From contig OZ024746.1 of the NCBI GenBank assembly GCA_964016885.1, positions 80,786,001 to 80,850,000 of the forward strand: a stretch of 64,000 nt of DNA. The letters run 5' to 3'. The DNA comes from Eledone cirrhosa. Its lineage: Eukaryota. The translations under genes were made by a program, and so were the position numbers. Shown in pieces: positions 1 through 14,982 of this stretch; position 1 is the first letter of the stretch; each line of letters opens with the position of its first letter. The notes beneath the pieces were generated by a model, which saw only the letters and a list, made by a program, of their open reading frames with translations, did not search any database and was not told the DNA's origin.

Positions 1-979
1 TCTTTCTTTTTCTCTCTCTCTTTCTCCCTATCTTGCACTTACACCCTCTCTCTCTCTCTCTCTGCAACCTTTTTCTCTGAGAAATCTGATGCTGCTTATA
101 TGGCTAATTGAAGCTGACTTAATGATTAAACAACAGGCCACAAGCATCTGTATGGTATGCATTCATTTCATGTATGCTTCATTCTGTACTCAATAAGTTG
201 TTCTATGTGAATACATGCTGCTTTTTCTGATCTGTTCTGTTTTGTTTTGTTCCCTCCAAAATATCTCAGCATATGTGCACTCTACACTACACTGAACCCA
301 CCCCATCCCATCCCACCCTTTAGCAGCAGCCACACCAAATCCTCGAGGAAAGGCCTGCTAGTTTACCTTATAACAAACAGGTAGAGGAAGCAAATATCAG
401 TTATTGCAACAAGTAACAACAACAAACAACAACAAACAAACAAATAAGTCATAGTCTGCTAATCAATTCCAAATACCAGTAAACTTTACATCCAAAAAAG
501 AACTGCTTAAGTAAATATCTAACAACACATACACTGGGATATAGTAATATTTCAACATATGCATCTATAACAAACTACTTATATGCTGCTGCGTTAGAAG
601 AAAACTTTATTACTGAGCAGGAATATCTATCAGTCTGGTTGTATGTTTTAGCATTCATAGATTAATATTCTGGTCATCACATCAGATATTCAGATTCTCT
701 CCAAGAAAATTCTATAAACCACAAAGTATATAAATCAGGTAAGGCCTCTTCTCTCTTTCTCTTTTATATTTACTATATTTCTATGCTTGCCATTTCTTCT
801 TTCTCATTCTTATTCTTTCACTCACTCTCTCTCTCTCTCTTTCTTCTCTATACATATGTTATTTTTCTCTGTCTCTTGTCTCTATTTATCTATCTCCACT
901 CCACACTTTTACTTACCTCTTTCTTTCTCTGTTCTCTACAAATATGTCTCTCTATCTCTCTCTAACATATATATATGTT

Positions 980-1017
<38 letters not shown>

Positions 1018-1056
1018 ATGGTAGCGTGGAAGATGGACGTTAAACGGCGTTGGTGA

Positions 1057-1111
<55 letters not shown>

Positions 1112-1178
1112 CAAACATATATGTATACATATATATATATATATATATATACACATACAAACATATATGTATACATAC

Positions 1179-1209
<31 letters not shown>

Positions 1210-1396
1210 CAGACATATATTTATATACAAACATATATATACATATATATATATATATACAAACATATACATACATATATATATATATACATATATATAT
1301 GTGTATATATAAACATATATATATATATATATGCAGACATATATATATATAGAGACATATATATATATATACAGACATATATATATATATACAGAC

Positions 1397-1427
<31 letters not shown>

Positions 1428-2169
1428 CATATATATATATATATATAAAGACACACATATATATATATATTCTCAACACATGTCACTTTATCTTTCTCTC
1501 TCTCTCATCTACAAATATATCTGTTTATCTCTCTTTCTCTCTCATACACTCATGTCTATTGATCTATTTCTATGTCTATCTCTTTCTCAGTACACATTAT
1601 AGATTTCTTATATAAAACATCTAAGCTGTCTTCCATACATACAAAGGCACTGGAAATTTCTGAATCTTAGAAATAATTTTATTTATTTATTATCATTATA
1701 TTTTGGAATGTGTGTATGGTGGGCAGTGAGCCTATATGCAGCCATTCAATTTGCTAGAAATCACAGCCAAATTCACTAAAATTTTAACATATTGTCTTAA
1801 AGGGAGAAATTTTACCAGTGTATACAAAAAGATGGTCATGGCATTGTTCTTGAATTCTAGAGAGAGAAAAGAAATTGAAAATGAATCAAAGCTGGACAAA
1901 GAAGCTATAGTACCCCCACCACCACCACACACTTTTGTAGTACTTGCTCTGTTTACTTGTCTGAAACAATGCTTGATTCTGTCCTTTCCCCAGTCTCTGC
2001 TTCTTCTTACATTTTGGTGTTCCCTTCTGTTGGTGCTTATGAAGAGGTGTTAAGATTTAAATGGAAGGGGCAAATGGGAGAAGAAGACAACAAAAAGGAG
2101 GGGGTAAAAGATCAATATTGATCTGATTATTGATTTGTATTTATGTTTTTATTCCATTTATTTCACTGA

Positions 2170-2275
2170 TACATACATGCATACACACACGTATATATAT
2201 ATATATATGCATGTATGTGTATATATATATATATATGCATGTATGTGTATATATATATATATATGTATGTGTGTG

Positions 2276-2306
<31 letters not shown>

Positions 2307-2439
2307 ATATATATATATATGTATGTGTGTATATATATATGTATGTATGTGTGTGTAACCCATGCTAGCGTGGAAGAACGGACGTAAAACGGTGATGATG
2401 ATATATGTATGTATGTGTGTATATATATATATATGTATG

Positions 2440-2480
<41 letters not shown>

Positions 2481-2529
2481 GTATATATATATATGTATGT
2501 ATGTGTATATATATATATATATGTATGTG

Positions 2530-2560
<31 letters not shown>

Positions 2561-3129
2561 ATATATATATATATGTATGTATGTGTATATATATATATAT
2601 ATGTATGTGTGTATACATACATATATATATATATATACACACATACATATATATATGTATGTATGTGTGTATATATATATATATATGTATGTATGTGTGT
2701 ATATATATATGTATGTATGTATGTATGTGTGTGTATATATATATGTATGTATGTATGTGTGTGTATATATATATGTATGTATGTATGTGTGTATATATAT
2801 ATATGTATGTATGTGTGTGTGTGTGTGTATATATATATATGTATGTATGTGTGTGTATATATATGTATGTATGTGTGTATATATATATATGTATGTATGT
2901 GTGTATATATATATGTATGTATGTATGTGTGTATATATATATATATATATGTATGTATATATATATATATATGTATGTATGTGTGTGTATATATATATAT
3001 ATATATGTATGTATGTGTATATATATATATATATGTATGTATGTGTATATATATATATATATGTATGTATGTGTATATATATATATATGTATGTATGTGT
3101 GTATATATATATGTATGTATATATGTATG

Positions 3130-3160
<31 letters not shown>

Positions 3161-3179
3161 GTGTATATATATATATATG

Positions 3180-3256
<77 letters not shown>
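2170..3256. repeat. Compound (TA)n/(TATG)n/(TG)n microsatellite, with a short RTE/SINE tail at 2358-2400
   Basis: Direct inspection. Confidence 0.95.
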
Positions 3257-3861
3257 AAATATGCACATAAAGCTGTATATTTTTACATTTAAAAATAATG
3301 ACTATCTACTTATGCCCTTCTTTTTATAAAACCTAGTTTCATTTTTAAAACTAATGCTGTATGAGCATGTGCAGTGCACGTGTTTGTGTCTGTGTGCATG
3401 TTTGTGAGTGAGTCAATGGGTGTGGACCTCTTTGTCTTACTGTGTCTGTCTGTTTGTTTGTGTGTGGAATATATATATATGTAAAGGAATGATCGACTTT
3501 CGTCAAATCGGGCCGAGGAAACAATGTTTCCGTTGGTCTTTCCACTTGCTAGTACTATCTATCGGTCGCATCTCCAGGTAGAATAATATCATCATCATCG
3601 TTTAACGTCCATGTTCCACGCTTGCATGGGTTTGTATATATATATATATATATATATATAGTTATATATATAGTTATATATATATATATATAGTTATATA
3701 TATATATATATAGTTATATATATATATATATTGTTATATATATAGTTATATATGTATATATATATACATATATACATATATATATATGTATATATATATA
3801 CATATATATATATACATATATATATACATATATATATATATACATATATATATAAATACAT

Positions 3862-3957
<96 letters not shown>

Positions 3958-3965
3958 TTATATAA

Positions 3966-4030
<65 letters not shown>

Positions 4031-4031
<1 letters not shown>

Positions 4032-4161
4032 GAAGATCTGCGAAGGTGAAACATTTGTTCTCGGTATGGTGAACTAACTGTTGTGTAACCACTTCTACCT
4101 AACTCACCCCTGGGACTGATTGCTCTACCACTACGGATATTACCTTCCAGTGTTCCACCAC
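4031..4161 (+). mobile_element. Family C element, 5'-truncated copy
   Basis: TGAAGATCTGCGAAGGTGAAACATTTGTTCTCGGTATGGTGAACTAACTG... aligns to 54045-54176. Flanked by TA repeats. Confidence 0.7.
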
Positions 4162-4380
4162 TATATATATATATATATACATATATACACACACACACAC
4201 ATATATATACACACACACATATATATGAGAGAGAGAGAGTAAAAATGCAGCTTCTAAGTTTGTCATCTGATTCACTAAGTCACATAGCCCATAAGTAATT
4301 AGATTTTCCTTTCTCAATAACACCCACTCTCTCTTTTTCTTTCTCTTACTTCCCCATGTATGTGATATATATATATATAT

Positions 4381-4713
4381 CATCATCATCATCATCATCA
4401 TGATTTCATTTTACGTCCACTTTTCCCTGCTTGCAAGGGTGGGACGGGAACTGATTCTGGCTTGATTTCTACAGCTGGATGCCCTTCCTAACACCAACCT
4501 CATTTACAGTGAGTGTTGGATGCTTTTTTTGCCGTGGCACCTCCACGACCACTTTGCAGTGGAATGATAGGGACCCCAGTCCTTATCATCTCATTTCTAC
4601 AGCTGAGTAAACTGGAGCAATGTGAAATAAAGTGTCTTGCTCAAGGAAACAACACATCACCCGGTCTGAGAATTGAACTCACAACCTTTCGATTGCAAGG
4701 CCAATGCTCTAAC

Positions 4714-4716
<3 letters not shown>
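4381..4716 (-). mobile_element. Same tRNA-SINE family
   Basis: Reverse-complement match to 35369-35694. Confidence 0.85.
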
Positions 4717-4758
<42 letters not shown>

Positions 4759-4965
4759 CTCTCTCTTTCTCTCTCTCTATATATATATATTTATTTGCTA
4801 TTGAAATGTTACCAGCTTAACTGTTGGGCAAAGAATCCCTTTAATGATGTCTACACCCTACATTCCTTTTGTCTTAACTAGTAACATCTCATCCATATAT
4901 ATATGTATACATCATCATCATATCTGTTTTTCTATACTCACATGGTTTCGACATGTCCTTCTCAC

Positions 4966-5031
<66 letters not shown>

Positions 5032-5689
5032 TTTAGTTTTCATACAAAAGTGTATAATTTTGCATGTGCACTCCATTTTTTTAAACATTGCATACAGGTT
5101 AAAAGTGCACCTGTGCAACAAATGCAGTTAATATTGCACTCATTCTGTTACTTGCACGCAGTTGCAAGTTCATCACACTTATATATTATATCATAGTATT
5201 TTTTTTTTTTTAAAATTGCAATTTTCATTGCTGTAAATGTAAATGTATTTTGACATATATTCATACAGGCAATATATATGTATTGTCATATATTCATATA
5301 GGCATATATTTATGTGTGGATCTTATTTAATTAGTTGTGCTTCTACTTATAACCATGTGACTAGTGATATGACTAGTTGATGTAGTCTTGTCGACTTTGT
5401 CTCTGTCATCTTAACACACTCTAACACTACGTGTTTCATTAAAGACACGTCAATTACAAAACTACGAAGCCATGTGTTGGTTTATTCTCTAGCTTCTAGT
5501 TGAGATTTAATCAATAACTGCTGTGTTTGTTAAATTCAATTTTGTCTTATAACCTGAAATAACCTTATTAAATGACTTATTACTAACTAGAAAATCTTTT
5601 ATTAGTGAAATACATTAGCACATTTTCTGTGTAATAAATGAATCAAAACAAAAAAGTGTTTAAAAATGTAACAGTCTCATATAATGATT

Positions 5690-6035
5690 TCTGTTTTAAG
5701 CACAAGGCCAACAATTTTGGGGTAGAGGAAAGTCGATTAAATAGACCCCAGTGCATTACTGGTACTTTATTTCATCGACCCTGTAAAGTTAGCTGTGGCT
5801 TGATTTTATAAAAATAGTTTCTGATTTAGGCACAAGGCCAACAATTTTGGGTAAAGGGAAAATCAATTAAATCAACCTCAGTGCATTACTGGTACTTCAT
5901 TTTATTGACCCCGTAAGGATGAAAAGCAAAGCTAACCTTGGCAGGATTTGAACTTAGAATGTAAAGGGACATAACTATCTGCTGCAAAGTATGTTGACTG
6001 ACACTCCTCAATACTGCCAATCCACTGTCCTTAGC
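5690..6035 (-). mobile_element. Second SINE family, with a tandem partial duplication
   Basis: GCACAAGGCCAACAATTTTGGG...CAGTGCATTACTGGTAC block occurs at ~5700 and again at ~5830. Confidence 0.7.
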
Positions 6036-9000
6036 AGTCTCATATAAAGACACTAAGAAATAAATGATAAATGTAAAGTGAATTAAACAGTTTCTGAATG
6101 TTTTTGAGTGACTAAAATGACTCTTCCGCGATGTAATTGGTTTAATTTCAATACACAGTCTCAGATCAAGTCACTTACCAGACAGGTACAATCCTGATAC
6201 ACGTAATGGTCATTTGAGTTAAAATCATTTTTTTTTTTTTCATGCTTATATTTATTATATAATTTACTTCCTTCCACATCTGTCACCATAGCTAAGTGTG
6301 AATTGGCAGAATTGTTAGAGTAAGTGACAAGTTGGTAGTGAATTGGTAGAATAAGTAGAGTTCAAATTCGGTTGAAGTTAACTTAGCCTTTCATTCTTCC
6401 GGGGTTAATGAAATAAAGTACCAGTCAAGTACTGGATTGATTTAACCCTTTAACATTTACATTACTCTATATTTATTATTGTATTTTCACAGTAAATGCT
6501 TTACCTCACATAATTATCTCACATGATATCGAATCTATGAGATTTTGATACTATTTATTTTGAGAACAATACCTTAACGTTGGTATGAGTGGCTGGTTAC
6601 AGCCGGTTTGAACAGAACGAGGTGAGAGAATTCTGGCTGGACATGGGTGCTTTAAATGCTAAACTTTGCCTTTCCCAGAAATTTGATGGCCTTGTGCCTA
6701 AATTAGAAATCAATATCATGTTTAACCGAGGGAAATGAATTGGTAGAATAATTAGAAGAGTTGACAACAACATTTTGCAGTATTTATATTCTGATTTCAA
6801 ATTCCACCAACATCAACTTTGCCTTTTATCTGCCTGGGGTCAATAAAATAAGATATAAGAGTCATGGTACAAAGATCAACTGAAAAGTTCATAAGCTGAC
6901 TAAGATAATCTCAAGGAATGACCAAATGAGGTATATTTTTCAACATAGTCACTGGAAAGAAACAACACAGTTATTAATAAGAAAAGTTGAAATTAATACA
7001 TGCAAGATTTCACAGCTTTAGCATCATTCCTTCATAGTCAGCCTATGAACTTTTCAGCCAATCCTTATATTATGTCTAGTGAAGGTTACTGGATAGGCAG
7101 AGTCATTAGAGCAATGTACAATAGTGTGCTTTATAGTATTTAGTTATAGCCCTTTATGTTTTGAATTTAAATCCCTTTGGTTTTCATTCTTCCAGGGTCA
7201 ATGTCATATAGCAACAGTCATGTACTGGGGTTGATTTAAATGACTATTTTTATTCCAATTCGGTGGTGATTGGTGAAATGTTTCAATCTATATTATGTTT
7301 AGTAGAATTGGTAGAATCGGTAATGAGATAAAGAAAATGGTGTTGGGTTGACAGAATTGGCAGTGTGACAAATTGGTGGTAGGTTGACAGAATTAGTAGA
7401 GGGAGAGATACATTGGTAGTGAATTTGCAGAATTGCTAGGGACAAATTAGTGCTGAATTGACAAAATTGGTAGAGTAAGTGACAAATTTGTGGTGAATTG
7501 GCATCGTTTCTACTGCTGGATGTCCTTTACAATGTGCTGAGTATGTTCTATCTTGGAACCAGTACTACCACTTTGCAGAGTGTACTGGCAGAATTTTTAT
7601 TTTGACACCAGCACTACCAGTTTACAGAGTGTACTGGGTGCACTGTCAATACTCATAGCTTTCAATGTTAATTTCAGGCTATCATTGTTGTTTTTTTTTT
7701 TGGTTGCTGACTGTTCTTTTCTTTGTAGCAAGCTCCCCTTAGAGTGGTTGCCTAGGTATGTAACTTAAAAAGGCACCATTGTTGTTTGTGTTGTTTTTGG
7801 TTAAATAGTCTAAGTATGATGGTCATATGTTTGTCTACCTTTCATTCATTCAGAAGTTATTCTTTTTAGCTTTAGTTTAGCCCTGATCTAACAGACATAT
7901 TTTCAGACATTTCAGCAGTGATCAGAAGTGGATTGTTTCTTAAAACTAACCCAGGAAATCAGGGAACACGTACTAACAAACTGCTAACCAAGTCAGAGGT
8001 GTGTATTCACTGCTCAGTTAAAGCAAGTTCCTTTTTCGTTTTGGTCATTATGCAGCAGCTATGACTTTGGTTTTTCATGACATTTTTTCAGTTCCTTTTT
8101 TTTTTACCCAGCCGAGGGGGTAAAAAATACTCATATAACCCATCCACTTCTGAGTGTAACCATTCTTTCATTTCGTTCTCTTACTTTCTTACATTTTTTG
8201 TTAGACATAATGTATCTAGAAATTGATTATCTCAAATATGTCCTTCTTTTCTCAAGACATCAAGGTGTAATTTCAAGGTGATTGGGCTACTTATTCTAGC
8301 AGGTTTAGTTTATTGCATATCAGTTTCTTTATTGATTCATCATTCAGAGTAGATCAAGCTGGTTTACTTTTAATTCACTTAAAGCCAGTAGCTTTCCTTT
8401 ATAAAAATAGATTTTACATAGTCAAACAAATAAGTTAAATCTTATAATTGGATTTATTAAAAGGTAACACCACTAGGCTATACTTATATTATATTGATAT
8501 CATAACATAACTTCTAACCCAAACACCAATATTGATTTCTTACACAGGTACAAGGCCTCAGATTTGAGAGAGGGGTAAAGGGCCATAACCAAATAATGCA
8601 AGGCACATTGTCCGGTGTTCTAATGGTTCTGTTAGTCTACCCTCCTTTTCAAATTAAGTATAAAATAGTGATTATTTCAGAAACACAGGTGCAGAGAGTA
8701 TCAGTGCTTTCAAATTTACTAGATTAATGGAGTATTGTCTACACATTTATTATTTCATTACACTGTCTCATTAAGCAAGACATGACTTTTCTTGTAGTAA
8801 TATATATGTATACATGGTCCTGTAACTCCTGATAGAGTAGTAGGGGTGCTGTATTGACATATGGCGTTTCTTGGGCATTTTAAGCCTAATGGGGCCCATC
8901 CCTCTCCAGGCTTGAGTACAGCAGATTTCCAGAGAAAGATAGAAAGTGAAGAGAGAGGAAATGAGGAAGATATATAGAAGAAGAATCGACCCCAGTACTA

Positions 9001-9604
9001 GACTCGTCCTTTTTTTATTGACCTTGAAAGGATGATAGTTGATCTCAGTGGGATTTGAACTCGGAGAGAAGAGAGCTGGAATGAATAAATAAAACATTCT
9101 ATCTAACATTCTAACGACTCTGCTAATTCGCCGCCTAATATATATAGTGAAAAATAACTGAGTATTTTTTATAATATTAAGAAAAATAAATTTAAATTTT
9201 TAACTGCTACATTTTAATAAATTTCATAGACAGCTGATTTTTGTAAAGATTCAATTGTCATCCAATGCTTCATTGCGAACAAAAGGAACTAAAGACAAAG
9301 AAAGATTTAACATATTTATTCAACTATGCAGAAATGCAGTAAACCGTAAAAATGCTGATAATAAAGTGTACCCCACAAAGCTTTCTTTCAGATAAATGAA
9401 AGAGAAAACCAAGTTGATAAATCACACCATGTAGATTTACAATGGCCAAGTTGAGATGTTGAAATGGCATCAATTTGCATTACTGCACCATGTATTGTAA
9501 AGAAAGTAATAAACATTACTCTTCCCCATCACCTCTTAAGCCCAATGAGCAGGACTCAACATGGTTGCTCAGCCTGCTAGGAATAGTAAATAAATTGAAC
9601 TCTT

Positions 9605-10194
9605 CCATAAGAGGAATCAAATGCTGTGTGCAGGAGAGGCGGTTGCGTTGGTATGGACATGTGATGTGTATGAAGGATGACAGCTGCATAAAAAGGTGCA
9701 GAGCGCTAGAAGTTAATGGAAACCGCGGAATGTGGGGAGACCCAAGAAGACCTGGGATGAGGTGATAAAAGCCGACCTTACCCAATTACACCTCTCAAAG
9801 GCGATGACACACGACCGTGACCTCTGGCGTCACGCAGTAATACAGAGTACCCGACCTCCCATGGGTACGAGTTGAAGCATATAGATAATATGCCCCCACA
9901 CTCTCCCACTGCAAAGTGGTCGTGTAGGCGCCATGGCAAAAAAGCACCCAGCCCACACTGTAAAGTGGACGTGTAGGCGCCACGGAAAAAAAAGCACCCA
10001 GCACTCACTGTAAATGAGGTTGGTGTTAGGAAGGGCATCCAGCTGTAGAAATCAAGCCAAAATCAGTTCCTGTATGAGCAAAGCATGGTCAGCCGACCAG
10101 ACACTGCCCACAACAGGACTACCCGTCTAACCCATGCTAGCATGGAAGAAAAACCCATGCTAGCATGGACGTAAAACGGTGATGATGATGATGA
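9605..10194 (+). mobile_element. RTE LINE 3' fragment (family RTE-B) with a long 3' UTR
   Basis: IRGIKCCVQERRLRWYGHV..DDSCIKRC. The UTR carries ~45-50-bp repeats. Tail CCCATGCTAGC..GGACGTAAAACGGT(GAT)n. Confidence 0.85.
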
Positions 10195-13100
10195 AGGGAT
10201 AGACAAGAAGTTAATGGCTGAAACACTTGCTTGAGAGAGAGGTTTCTTCTTTGAGGACCTTCTGCAGTCCAGTTTTCCTAAAGAGTATTTTATCAGTAGA
10301 CATGAAAGCTCTCTCTTTTTCAAAGGTGCTGTGCCAAGGGATCCAATAAGGAATAATTAAAGGATTTTATGCAAGTTTCTGCCAGACACTGCAACCAGCA
10401 AGTAGTATCAGCAATGGAAAGACTAATGGAAGTATAGTTTCCTTGGTCCAACTAACAATCTGCTTCTTTTCCTTTTATATTTTTATGCAAGTTCAAAAAT
10501 TAATGGTAGTTCCAAAGATGTGTGTCAATATATGTAAGAAAGACAACTGTAGAGATATTCCTATTGCATTGAAGATGGTATGTTCTTCCTAAAATAAATT
10601 TCAAGCATTTACCATGTATGCTAGAGGACAAAGGTTACATTTTTTATTAGCCAAATTTAACATGAGAGGAGGGTTATCTATGCTAGACAGTAAGCTGAAT
10701 TCCTATATATAACCTCTGTTTGAAGTGTGTAAGCTATACACAGTTAAGATAGCAAATAAACAAAAAAAAGCATCATTAAAAGGGTCAGCCTTGTCACACA
10801 CTGTGTCATGCTGAATTTCCCTGATAATTATGTTAAGTGTACAGATGTCTGTGGAATACTCAGCCACTTACATGTTAATTTCATGAGCGGGTTGTTCTGT
10901 TGATGAAATAACCAGAACACTCATTGTGAGACCAATGAAGGTCCATCGATTGATAAATTATTAAAAGATAAAAAATATAAGTATTCACAAAAATGTATTT
11001 TGTTATTGGCAGGTGATGATAGACAAGCCACTTAATAGGTAGTAATTTACATGATGTATAATAAGATGTTGTAGTTTGAAGCATTGTATATATTATATAA
11101 TGTCAAAAGTGATATAAGGCTAAACAATGCAAAATGGACTGTAAGATGAAAGTATGTTACCTGATAATCTTCGTTTTGTTTTTTTTCTTTGTTGCTGTTA
11201 TTTCTTTCATCCTAATATTTCGGGGCTTGAAATTCCCTTCTTCAGAGTATAAGGAACTTTCAGAGTAAAATGTTCCATTTTATTCATTTTATATTTATAT
11301 TTATACATGATGTATATCAATTATATCAGAATTTTTACTAATTTATTATTTTATCTATCTGTTTATTGTCTGATTAAATATCTATCCTCATTATAAAGAT
11401 GCCTATACGTTTTTTCATAGCATATCCACTGCCTATTATTTTCAAATCATTTTGAAAATAATCAAGAATTTTGTGAGATTTAGTAATATGGTTAATTTTC
11501 TCATTGTCAAGTTGGTGTTTACAATGTAACTCAATTCAGGTTCTTAAATAAAATTGTATTGAAGAATTTTAGATAAATATAAATGCTTTAAAACAAAAGA
11601 AAAAAAAACTGTATCATAGAATCTGAGTGATGGGGTGGTAGGTTTAGGTAGCTTGGTATCAAAAGTTTTGGGAGTACTATGAAGTGATAAAAATAAAAGT
11701 GTGATATGTTAAAAAAAAAGTCATCCAGAAAAGTAAAAGAAAAATATAATATAACTATAAGCTATTAACACCAATCTTGTTAAAGTACATGGAAGTGCTG
11801 AGACCATGTTTTTATGTTTACTGTTCTTTTTTTTTTTCCAAATTTTCTTATCAAATTTGGAGTGCATCTTTGAGGTTGGAGTATTGTCAATGCTGGCAAA
11901 TATAGTAGTTGCTATTAATAGACTATTGCTACAGTTAGATATTACCATGATTGCCATTAACTTTATACCCCCTACCTTGACTGTCATCACCACGGTGACA
12001 GCCCCATCCCTACTACCACCACTCCACCACTGGCTCTACCGTTGCCACCACCATCACCACCAGCACCTGCTCTACCATCATCAACACGGCCACTCCACCA
12101 TCACCACCACTGGCACCACTGTTGCCACCACCATTAGCTCCACCATCATCAACACTGCCGCTAGTGCCACCAGCATCGTTACCAGCACCAGAATTATAGC
12201 CCCCACCATCGCTACATAGTCTGCAATAGATTTTTAGCTTCAACATCTTTATAACTTATATGACATCAAGGAATAAGGAAACTTGCTACTGTGAATAAAT
12301 GTCAAGAAGTTTTGGCTCACTGTACATATGACATTTGCAGTACCATCATAATTCCAGTCACGCACACAAACACACTTTTCTCTGTGAATATCACCAAAGG
12401 AGGCAACAGTATTTATTTAGTTATTTTTTGGGATGAAAATTTATTTGCGTTGGCAGTTGGAAAGTTAAATGTAATAATTGTTTCTACTTCTGGCACAAGG
12501 CCAGCAATTATCCCAGTGTATACTTTATTTTATCGACCCCCGTAAGGATGAAAGGCAAAGTTAACCTCAGTGGGATTTGAACTCAGACCATAAAGGGCCG
12601 TAACTCTTTGCTGCAAAGCAGACCCTCTACCAATACTGCCAATCCACCAATGTAATAATAATCTTTATATATTTTGTACTTTCTTTAAGCCAGCTTTTTA
12701 TTTTACCAGACTTCAGCTTCCCTATTTCTCTCTCTACCTTGATAGATTTATGATTTTAAATATCACAAGCCTTTATTCCCTTCCCACTCCTCAAATGATA
12801 TATACATGTCTTGTATGCATGGGCCCTTACCTCTTGGTACAGTTGTAGAGGAGCCATTGTGACATATGCCATTTAAGCTTGGTGAAAAGAGCCAATTTCT
12901 TTCAAGAACAGATGAGAGCAAGAAAGAAATATAGAGGAAGAATCGGTGCCATTATAAGACTTTAGCAACCTTGAAAGGGTGAAACGCAAAGCGTTGACCT
13001 TTGTAGGAACTCAGAGAGGGCCCGAGACTCTGAATAAATGCTACAAAGCATTCTGTCTGATGTTCTAACAATGAGGTCAATCTACCACCCTCATTTCTGT

Positions 13101-14219
13101 AATCAATTTATGGTTTTTGATTTAGGCACAAGGCCAGCAATTTTGTGGCAGGAAAAATTAATTAAATTGACCCCATCTCTTAAATGGAACTTTATTTCAT
13201 CAATACCAGAAGAACAAAAGGCATAGTTAACCTTGGTAGGATTTAAACTTAAAATGTAAAGAGCTAGAACAAATGTTGCAAAGTATTTTTTCAACCCTAT
13301 CATGATCCTGCTAATCCATCACCCTCACTACTGCCCTCAGATAATGCACACATGCCATAGAATAGTGTAAATTTAAAACTTCCACCCCTAATCTACCTTC
13401 TCAATCACAGCATTAAAGCCAAAGAATGGGTAAAGGAGATAATACACTAACAAAAGAAACTTAAATACAGAAAGCTTTAATACAATTCAGTATTTAGCAA
13501 TGTCAATTTAGGTCCCTCTAATTACTGACAAGCTTTCATTACTGCCCTGACCAATAAAATATCCAACCACCAGTGCTGACCACAAGTATGTTATTTTCAG
13601 CTACACATGCTTTCCTATACAAAAAGAAAACAAAGACACAGCTTAAGAAATGTAACATTCATGCTTTACCTCAGTATTTCAGCTGTATTTCAGCAGGATC
13701 TTATGTATTAAGCATGCCCCTACCCACACTTTACTCTTGTTCTATTATTAGAACTATTATCTTTCATTCATTCTTTCTTTCTTTCTTTGTTCCTATTTTT
13801 CTCTTCTTTTCTTTTCTTGTAAACTAATTACTTGAAATTCTTCTACAGTGACAGACACTACACATTCAATTGACATGTTTTATTTTTTCCCCATTCAGCT
13901 TAAAATTAAAAGCAAATCTCTTCTTTTCAATAAATGCCATTTTGACAAACCCAAATTTACATATAATAGAGTTTAAACCTTTTAGTATCTATCATAATTT
14001 TGTTGTATGCATAGTTTATGCCTTTGGTCGTTTTTCTTAGTGTAACATTTTATAGCTATGGTGTTAACACTGGACTTAATGTTTGTTTTTAACTTTCAAT
14101 CCATTGAGTGCTTTGTGATTGCCTCAAACAAATCGAATAGTACTTGCTGTACTGCAGCTAAAGTTCAATCTACAAATATTATATATATATATACACACAC
14201 ACAAACATACACACATACA

Positions 14220-14253
<34 letters not shown>

Positions 14254-14260
14254 CATATAT

Positions 14261-14982
14261 ATATATAAATACATAATGGGAGAAAGCTAAAAGTGATACT
14301 CCGGCCAAATTCTAACTCACTCAACAAACATTAGGAAATACCTTAGTATATTCCCAATTAAACGTTTGGGATGCTAACTATATTGTATTGTGTGGATAAT
14401 TGGCTGTATTATTTCATATGAGATATATCAAATATATCATTTCCCATATGACTCGTTTCATTATAAGATTTCTACAAGTTGGGTGAAATTATACCAAGTT
14501 ATGTAGAAGCTTGTATAAGATCAACAGATACTTATTCAGTGGGTACCCAATAATATCAATATTGATAATCAAATCGACATCAATATCCAGCGATAATCAT
14601 CATCACTGCTTAAGGGGACTGCTAGGTTGTTAGTCCAGCAGTTCTATAGAAAATCTCACACTTTGTCGAAAATGGGAGGAAGGAGGCTACCGCCAAAAAC
14701 AATACATATGCAGGTCGTTGAATTCTGACAAAAATTCAAGCCACGTGCTAAGAACTCAATTGGATATGAAAAAATAACCATATATGTGCACAGCTTTATG
14801 ACACATATAGATATTTTCACGGGCAAAATAGCAGAATGAGATACAAGAACAAACAATCAATATTCATCTAAAAAATAAACAATGAGAGTCATACCTTATA
14901 TCGGGAAAGTTCATATCTGTTGCTCCAAGAGTAAATATATAAATACATAATCGGAGAAAGCTAAAAGCAATACTCCGGCCAA
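14261..14982. mobile_element. Non-coding element with a ~48-bp terminal direct repeat in (TA)n
   Basis: ATATATAAATACATAATGGGAGAAAGCTAAAAGTGATACTCCGGCCAA at 14261-14308 recurs at 14935-14982. TA tracts flank it. Confidence 0.6.

Noticed and set aside
936-4401. Many [12 protein letters not shown] ORFs (also at 39000, 46600-47270 and 53560-56200)
   Set aside because: They are translations of (TA)n/(TG)n/(TATG)n microsatellites that lack stop codons, not genes.
11806-12219. 137-aa His/Thr-rich ORF
   Set aside because: It is derived from a degenerate (CAC)n tract, with no other coding evidence.
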